DNA from: a virus | Lineage: Duplodnaviria; Caudoviricetes | Reading direction: 5' to 3' (one strand) | Length of the DNA: 64,000 bases | IMG/VR virus record: IMGVR_UViG_3300021426_000070 | Span: 1-64,000 of that record | Shown here: one piece after another, positions 62,957-64,000 of the stretch | How the letters are laid out: each line of letters opens with the position of its first letter | Numbering within the stretch: the first letter of the stretch is position 1 | Notes under the pieces: model-generated | Database searches by the model: none | Told to the model about the DNA's origin: nothing | Seen by the model: only the letters and a program-made list of their open reading frames with translations | Translations under genes and position numbers: made by a program

Positions 62957-64000
62957 ATATTAAAGTATATCTTCGTCTTCAATCTCTTCATTCTCGTTGT
63001 ACCACTCACAATCATTAGGCTTGAAATAATCTTCTACCCTACAACCTTTAAAGCAGAAATTATTCTCGCTTTCATATCTTTCACACATCACACAACAATG
63101 CTTTGGGATAGGGTACACCTCATAGATATCTGTTTTCAGATACGGCTTCTTCCGCCCTTTTAACTTATCACAAAAAGTATATTTCGGTGCATTGTTCTTT
63201 GTGATATAATGCGAATCAGCACCATCTATTACCTCTTCTAACGGCTTGTAATAAAACGCAAACGAGCCCGTTACCAACTCTTTTACCTTTACAACCTCAG
63301 CCATACGACCACCATCATGCGAATTGCCGATAAATATCTTGTCACCTACTTTGGCATTTCCGAACCAATAGAACCCTTCTGTGCGTTCATGTGGGTGTAT
63401 TATTGCCACACACCGCTTTCTATCTACCCACCCGTCATTACAACGATAGGCTTTAACGCCTAGAGCCATCAGCTTATCATGGAACTCTGAGCACGTCCTA
63501 TTAAACTCGTTGGTAATATCCACCATCATACCAACCAAGTTGCTGTCATTGACAACGACACTGCCGCCATTGCCTAAATCTATCTTCTTGCCGATAGACC
63601 CATCTTCATTAACATAAAGTGGGAACTTACCGCCTTTCAACCTCTCTTCCATTACTCATCAACCTTAGCGTATTTGACAATATCAAGGAAGTTGTTTATT
63701 CGTGACACAACAGAATCTATCTTGCCATAGGCATTAGAATACCTCCTTAATGCCGTCCTCATAGCCCCATCCTCAGAACAAGCCCCTACAGCCTTTTCTA
63801 CAATCCCTATCCTATCTTTAATGGACTGCATACGCTCCAAAGCCTTCTCGAGCTGCTTCATGGCAATATCCATCATGTTTTTGTCAACGCTGAATGTAAC
63901 CAAAGGCGGAATATCTTCCATCTTATCCGTATCAGACAAGGCTTGTATTAGTAACTTGTTCTGTCTTTGGGCTGTATCAAGCTGCTGCTGCAAGCCATCT

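Overview
A 64-kb segment of a tailed dsDNA phage (siphovirus-like) of a Bacteroidales host, probably Prevotella-like. The host inference rests on TAnnTTTG -7 promoter boxes and a Bacteroidales-type bL12 fragment. Essentially all genes are on the minus strand, in standard code 11. Morphogenesis genes are split into separately promoted blocks among small accessory ORFs: ParB-like, TerS, intein-containing TerL, portal, scaffold, decoration protein, major capsid, head-tail genes, tail tube, frameshifted tail chaperones and a large tail protein. Accessory genes include three DNA MTases, RNase H, MazG-like, amidoligase plus GATase, a PP-loop/PAPS-reductase-like protein and two tRNA-Arg. The most unusual element is a family of eight Arg-rich small ORFs flanking the terminase genes (46703-49413 and 42360-42689). 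All eight share an in-frame 5' motif nGrGTCArA instead of a start codon, several with a Shine-Dalgarno 7-8 nt upstream of the GTC and two with a stop codon directly before it. All end in Gly-stop (typically MG[LM]SNG). They sit behind promoters carrying the same palindromic operator as the capsid, portal and tail genes, which points to a non-canonical translation-initiation system for late peptides. Possibly related: a ribosomal bL12 N-terminal-domain mimic, tRNA-Arg(UCU/CCU), a ~324-nt structured ncRNA, a JAB-like protein and a small divergent RNA. A covarying 13-nt leader hairpin marks a second promoter class. All product calls come from motif recognition by eye; no database searches were run.
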